Shown in pieces: positions 57,566 through 64,000 of a stretch of DNA of 64,000 nt. The stretch's first letter is position 1. The number at the start of each line of letters is the position of its first letter. Origin of the DNA: Vairimorpha necatrix (taxonomy: Eukaryota); contig CP142730.1 of NCBI GenBank assembly GCA_036630325.1, forward strand, positions 1,116,001-1,180,000, read 5' to 3'. The notes below the pieces were generated by a model, which was given only the letters and a program-made list of their open reading frames with translations, made no database searches and was not told where the DNA came from. The translations under genes were made by a program, and so were the position numbers.

Positions 57566-59860
57566 CTTCGTTAAATTTAACTTGTGGTATCCACCACTGA
57601 GGAAAGTATTTAAAATATTTTTATTATTCATTTTATGCTTCCTTTCCATTATTCCGTACCCCTCTCCAGATAAAATATTTAAATAAATGTTGGAGGGAAA
57701 ACGGGTCGAATTTGGAGGGAAGATTTTAGAAATATATTTTATGATATTTGGTATATCATACACCTCTAAAGCATTATAAATAGTATAATTGAATATCTGA
57801 CAAGTATACAACGATTAAATTTTACTTAGATTCTACAATTGTTTTTATAGTTGGCGCGTTGCACAGGATGCGGCTTGTTCTTAAGTAATACTCCAAAGAA
57901 CTACATGTTTGCCCGTCTGTCGCTGGCAGGCTTTTCTAAATTTTTAAATATTTGTTTATTAGTATTGTTTTCCTTGTAAAAAATTCCTTTCTTGAGGTCA
58001 AAAATAAAAATTCTAAAAATAAGAAGGAGGGAGAATATTTTGTAGTTGTAAAATACATCATATAAGAAAAAGAGATGTAATATGTGGTCATAATTCCATA
58101 ATAGTGTAGAAATATGCCTTGTTTAAATATTCGTATAGTCCACAAGATATGGGGCGGATATATTTTTCTATGGAAAAATCAAAATTTGTATCCAAATATA
58201 ATTTAATTATTTTATACTTTAGAAATGGTTTTCAATTACAGTTCGCTTCGTTTCTTTTTTAAATCATTTTTTAGAGCAAAAAAATATTAATGAAAGACCT
58301 TAAATAAAAGGGAATGCTCGCCTCCCTTTGGCCTATTCACAGCCTTTTAGAATTTTGATGACAAATAATTTATTTGTTGTAGAACAAACATTTCTATGGT
58401 TTATGTACGCGTATATTTATGTGCTAGCTTATATACTTTCCAACAAGCTTTGTGAATCTTACTTGATGTATTCTCTCTTAAAATGAATCTTAACCCCATT
58501 TATTGTAATAAACACCTATGATATAGACCCCCAAGGAATAAATCATAAAAATAATATTCTTATTACTAAATATACTACTTTTTAGTTTTTTTTTGCTGCT
58601 TATTAGTGAAATTACTATGCAAGATGCATACAACTTGACTAAAGATTTCAACTCGGGAAACTTTTAATTTGAAATTTCCAAAAATATATTAAATAATATA
58701 TTATATTGCTATATAAAAGGTGACACGTTAATAATAATAGGATGAGAAGATCTAAATTTTTGTAAACAAAATAACGTTACTTTGTTAAAAACTATTTTTA
58801 TAGTTTCATACAAATATTTTAGTCTAGATAATAAAATGCACTACAAATATCACTTTTACAACGATATATCTTTGCTTAAATATTTTTATTAGTTGGTTTA
58901 GTTAGTTGTAGCAGTTAGTCATAAATAAGAATATATTCAATTTTTTGTCTTGTGTCTCATTTATATTGTCCTATAATTATATGTAGTAGAAAAAAATATA
59001 AATCTTACGGAATCGAGATTAAATGCTCAAAATTCATAGTAAAACTTTTATAAATTATAATTTAAACAAATTTGACCAAATATACAAATTATCTGTAGCA
59101 ATATAATACAGAAATTGTTAAAAAATCAAATGTTTTACATCTATTTTTATTAGAATTGTTTCGGCGAATCAAAATATTAAAACTACGAGATTACAAAACA
59201 AAACAACTCAATAAGAGTATAACTTCTGCTATCTATTATTTGATACTTATATTTTTATATTTGATATTAATACTCACAAAAACATGAATAACAGAACATG
59301 TTAGATAATAATCACTTTAAAACATGATTTTAGAATTTAATCCTTACATATTGCTATTTTTTTATAAAAATTCGTATTTGCTAAACAATCAATTTGTAAA
59401 TTTAAAATATTTCATAAAAATTACTAAAATATCAAAAATCAAATTTTCGGATAAAAAAAACTGACGATTTCTGAAAAAACCAATTTTGGTAAAATATAGT
59501 TCTTCCTGGCTTATGTGTTGTTTCTCATCTATTTTGCGGCTTTAACCGTTTGTTGTAGAGGCGCTATCCCTGGGTGCAATAACTTTCTTGATCTTAGTCT
59601 TAGGACAACGCTGACTGTTCTATTTTCTAAACAGGATGTAGGCTAAGAAGTAAAAAACAATAGATAATGATTTTTTAGAAAATACCATTCCTAATGTCAA
59701 TTCTGAAAAAGGTAAATTGCAAAAATAAAACAAATAATTTATGACATACTTAATGTTAACAATACTATCGTGATATTTTCTATTAGTAGTTTAAAAACTA
59801 TTTTTATGCTTTCAAATTAATTTTTTACGTGATCTTAAAATTTTCTAATTTTTATCCCAT

Positions 59861-61855
59861 ATGAAAATTATTCAAGCACTTCTTACAATAGTATTCGTGC
59901 ATGCATATATGTTTGTTTATAAAAATGTAAAAAAGACTTTTACTAGGAAAATATATAAAAAAGATTTTTTAATGATCCATCATAGTAAATCCTATTTAAG
60001 AGTGATGATCGATTTTGATGCAGAAAACAATATTATAAGAGGAAATATAAAAAAAGATATGTCACAATCCGAAAATCAATTTTCAAAAGATTTTTTTATT
60101 AAATGTGTAGAAATTCCCGATATATCAAATATAGCTCTTGAAATCGAAAATCACTTGAAGAAAACTGGTAAAATCTTAAAAACTGATTTTATTATATTAG
60201 TCTATAACCCTCATGACTATATAAATTATAATTTTATGAAGAAGTTAATCAAAAACATTAAGAAATCAAATTCAGAGAAAAACAGAAACCCTACAAATCT
60301 ACACTACGAATATATTCTTGAACGAAATAGTGATTTTGAAAAAATTTTATCAAGGGGGAAATTTGATAAAAATCACGATAACAAAGAGTTTGGTAATTTC
60401 GATGTGCCCATATGTCATGTTCGTAGAAACTATATGAATTATGTAATATTTAGTATTGACATCATGAACATTTGTTATATTTTTAAAATAAATTACAATG
60501 AAATTGATGCAAAATCCCTTTATCGCTCGTTTTTGGCTTCAAAATTATCCAATAATAACCACTACAAAGACCTACAAAGAGAGCTATATTTATTACATAA
60601 TTTTATAAATAAAAATGAAAGAAATTTACATCTACAATCAAGTGCATTAAAGTGCACGGATTCTAGCGTTAAATTCGAAAATAAGAGCTTTATAAAATTT
60701 TACAAAGAAAATGGAAAAATAATTTTTACTCAAAGAGGGGGAAATTATGTTTATCCTTCAAAAAAAAAATTTTATCAAAAATTTGTAATAGAAGAATTTA
60801 TTGAAGAATTTAGATCAATTTTAAAAAAAATCTCGGACATACAAAATGGACAAGATTTTATTAAAGTTGAATTATTCATTAAATTACTTGTAAAGAAGGA
60901 TAAAATAAAAACGATTCTAAATAATATTCTAAACAAACCAAAATCCGCTATAAATTTGATATTTATTCATTTATTATTTTTTGATAGAGTAATAAACGAA
61001 AGTGAATTAAAACAACTAAGGAAAAATCGTAGTTTCAATGAAAAAAGAAGAACTATCTCAAATGTTTTGAAGAATAAACTATCAAATCAAAAGGAATTAA
61101 ATTCTCAACCGGCACGTGACATGTTAAAACTTTGCATTTTTATAGAAGCAGATACATTTCTCAATGAAAATAATTTAAAGTTTGAACCACCATTCTATAA
61201 ACTTAGAGAGATTGGTAAACAAGTACTTAAACATGAACCGAAACAAGTGGAATGCAATAAAATCAACCTCCTAATAAAAAAGAAGATTAACTTAATGAGA
61301 ATTTATGACAAAGTTTACCATCATTTGGATGACATTATTAAATTAAATGATGATTTTGCGAAGATATTATCCGAGATAATATGTTTATTTAAGGGCAATA
61401 ATAATTATACTTATTATATAAATGAAGTAAATTACAAAGGAAATCTAAATGAAATTGTTAAGCTATATGAATTTAATAAAAATGATATTGAAAGAAATAA
61501 CAAAGAAATATTAAATAAGTTGGAGAAATATTCCAACGATGAAAAAATAAAAAAGATAATCGAAATAATACAGAAATCATCATTAAAAGAAAAACTTGCA
61601 AGAATAATAATCGAATCTAAAAATAAATACCAAAACACAACTATTGACGAAAAAGAAATCATCATGTCAGAACTACTAGAAAAAGGAAACAAAGAAATTG
61701 AAAAAACATTTATTGACAAGGAAATAAAAAAACACCAAACCATTTATAACGAAGATTTAATTAAAAAGTATAAAAATGAGTTAAAAGCAGAGTTTAAAGA
61801 GAAAATAATACTTATATTAAATGAGAATATAAGAAAAACTTCTACAGAACAATAA
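59861..61855 (+). CDS. Large hypothetical secreted protein (K/N/I-rich)
   Basis: 664-aa ORF with signal-peptide-like MKIIQALLTIVFVHA and a CCCAT-ATG start. Confidence 0.75.
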   Translation: MKIIQALLTIVFVHAYMFVYKNVKKTFTRKIYKKDFLMIHHSKSYLRVMIDFDAENNIIRGNIKKDMSQSENQFSKDFFIKCVEIPDISNIALEIENHLKKTGKILKTDFIILVYNPHDYINYNFMKKLIKNIKKSNSEKNRNPTNLHYEYILERNSDFEKILSRGKFDKNHDNKEFGNFDVPICHVRRNYMNYVIFSIDIMNICYIFKINYNEIDAKSLYRSFLASKLSNNNHYKDLQRELYLLHNFINKNERNLHLQSSALKCTDSSVKFENKSFIKFYKENGKIIFTQRGGNYVYPSKKKFYQKFVIEEFIEEFRSILKKISDIQNGQDFIKVELFIKLLVKKDKIKTILNNILNKPKSAINLIFIHLLFFDRVINESELKQLRKNRSFNEKRRTISNVLKNKLSNQKELNSQPARDMLKLCIFIEADTFLNENNLKFEPPFYKLREIGKQVLKHEPKQVECNKINLLIKKKINLMRIYDKVYHHLDDIIKLNDDFAKILSEIICLFKGNNNYTYYINEVNYKGNLNEIVKLYEFNKNDIERNNKEILNKLEKYSNDEKIKKIIEIIQKSSLKEKLARIIIESKNKYQNTTIDEKEIIMSELLEKGNKEIEKTFIDKEIKKHQTIYNEDLIKKYKNELKAEFKEKIILILNENIRKTSTEQ

Positions 61856-62769
61856 AAATAAATTTATTTCGAAGTTATAAAATATTTTTCACTTACGAAT
61901 TTATAATTAGTACATTCAGCGGTTAGGCTAACTTAGAGTTTATGACAAAATATTAAAATATATGATCTCAAAAAATTTAGAGTTTATAAAAAATCATAAT
62001 TCCTAAGTAGTTCCAATTGCAACAAAATGAATAATTGTCGCGCGACCGGATTTTTTCTAATTTTTCCAACAAAACTAAAATTTTTAACATTTGGATTTGG
62101 TTGTTTGTAACTGTTTATGATTTTATCCAACTAATTTTTTTTTAATTTACTAACCCCCAAGTAAATTTTTACCATGTTTATATCCTCAAATGCAAATCCT
62201 CGTTTAAACAAACAGAATAATGATAGATCTATTGATATGCAATTGAGTCTTGAATGATGTTTTGTAATCCATGAACCTTCATTTTTTATATGGTATTAAA
62301 TTCTCAAAATTACTTATTATTTTTTATACATATAATCATTTTTGTAAAAATTTGACATTGGTGCATATACATTATTTAAAGTCTAGATTACGATTTTGTT
62401 ATTTATGCGTCACAAAGGTTCAGAATAAAATTAAAAACAATTCAACAAATTTGATATTTAAATTTCTAAAAGCATTCGAGAAGAACTTTAACTCAGATAA
62501 CTTTTGTGTTTTCTGTAAATGTATATTAAAGTTTAATTTTATAATAAATTTACTAGATACAGTTACCCATCAAAATTTATTTTTACATTTAATCTCAATC
62601 GTATTTACCCAACATGATTGTAACTGGATTCATTTTAGGTTTATTTGCAATTATCATTTTCAAAACACTATAAGAATGCTGTAAGTATGAAAAATATGTT
62701 AAACAATATGAGAAAGTTGAAAAATGTAAGAATTTAAAATTAAAAAATATAAAATATAACACGTTAGAT

Positions 62770-63854
62770 ATGGTTGCCGCCCCAAACCTATTAATTAAAT
62801 TGTATTAGACAGAAAAAATATGTTTCAAGAATCTTTTAAAATTTTAAAGGCAATGTTAAAATCATCTTTACATCCAAACAATATAATTAAAATCAAATAT
62901 AAAGATGAGGAATGTGTTGATTTGGGAGGAATTAATAGAGAATGAATTACTTCGTTGTTTGATGAATTTTTTGCAACAAGAAATCAATTGTTTTATTTCC
63001 TAAATGATGATCTAACGGAGATGTTTCCTATTGATAAAGAATTAATAAGAGAAAACGATCTAACATATTTTAAGCTTTTAGGAAAAATAATTCGGAGAAT
63101 GGTTGTTAGAAAAGTCAATGCCAATGTAAAATTACATACAATTATTTGGAAACAAATTTTAGATTTGTCTTGTGACAACACAGATTTTGAAAAAGTTGAT
63201 CCACTTTTTTACAAAAATTTTACTTCTTTAAAAGAAGATCTAAAACATTAATCGATTTGCAAACGACATATTCGGAAAATGATTTTAGTTTATTAAAATC
63301 GGAAAAAATATTTTAGTCAATGAAGAAAATATAAATTTGTACATAGACGAATATTTAAAATATAAATACGTTACAAAAATAGATGAACAAATTGCGGAAA
63401 TAAAAAATGGATTATTTGAGATTATTCCTAAATATTGTCTAAACACATTTGACGAAACAACTTTAAAATGTTAATATGTGGAGCAGAAAAGATAAATATG
63501 AAAAATTGGATTCAAAATACCACATACGAAAATTATAATTCTAAAGAAAAAGTAATTATTTGGTTTTGGGACATAGTAAAAAGTTTCACAGACGAAGAAA
63601 AAATTCTACTTGTACATTTTGTAACAGGTTCTAATAAAGTACCAGCCGGATTTTTTGAAGATCTTACTGGAATAAGAGAAGAAAATAAAAAATTTACAGT
63701 TACAAAGATCGCATGTGATCATGATAAAATACTACCTTTTGCCAGAACATGTACCAATACTTTATTACTTCCAGAGTATTCAAGTAAAAAAAAATTAAAA
63801 GAGAAACTTCTGTTTGCAAATAATGGATGTCGAGAAGGATTCGAAATATTTTAA
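62770..63854 (+). pseudogene. HECT E3 ubiquitin ligase pseudogene
   Basis: EECVDLGGINRE*(TGA 62943-62945), WFWDIV, FVTGS..VP, PFARTCTNTLLLPEY, EGF. Further stops and frameshifts. Confidence 0.85.
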
Positions 63855-64000
63855 ATAAATATTACAATAATTATAATCATAATTAAACATAAACAACTTT
63901 AGCTGCAGTAAAAAAATAACAAAAGTGTAATTCGAAACCTATCTCTTATGTATACCTCTTGACGACAAACACGTTTTTATTAATAAAAAAAATATTTTGG

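Larger units (their letters stand above)
55275..57760 (-). mobile_element. Pol-less (gag-only) LTR retroelement
   Basis: Identical 178-bp LTRs at 55275-55452 and 57583-57760, 5-bp TSD CACCT, polypurine tract GAAGCAAAAGGAGAGGCAGA, gag relic. Confidence 0.92.

Overview
Very AT-rich eukaryotic DNA, inferred to be microsporidian (Nosema/Vairimorpha-like). The basis is compact intronless genes, CCC/GGG motifs just upstream of ATGs, and Merlin, MULE and LTR elements. Gene-dense blocks encode a RING E3 ligase, a bZIP factor, an atypical Rho GTPase, queuine TGT, a YEATS protein, an ankyrin protein, Nup54/57, a myosin light chain, NF-YA, two ABC half-transporters, RPL18, an M1 aminopeptidase, Dph4, a monothiol glutaredoxin, TFIIIC tau95 and a GDPD. 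These blocks alternate with transposon-rich stretches at about 17-27.5 kb and 49.7-58 kb. The main unannotated signal is a roughly 800-bp tRNA-headed, poly(A)-tailed SINE-like family with three copies on the minus strand. The best copy has a perfect 14-bp target-site duplication (TSD) and sits inside the gag of a pol-less LTR element with identical 178-bp LTRs. Also present are a three-level nest (long-TIR MITE > LTR element with 55-bp LTRs and a tRNA-Ala-like primer-binding site > Merlin), an uninterrupted copy of that MITE, an intact MULE transposase, a Nup54/57 pseudogene duplicate and two divergent HSP20-like paralogs. All calls were made by eye; no database searches were run.
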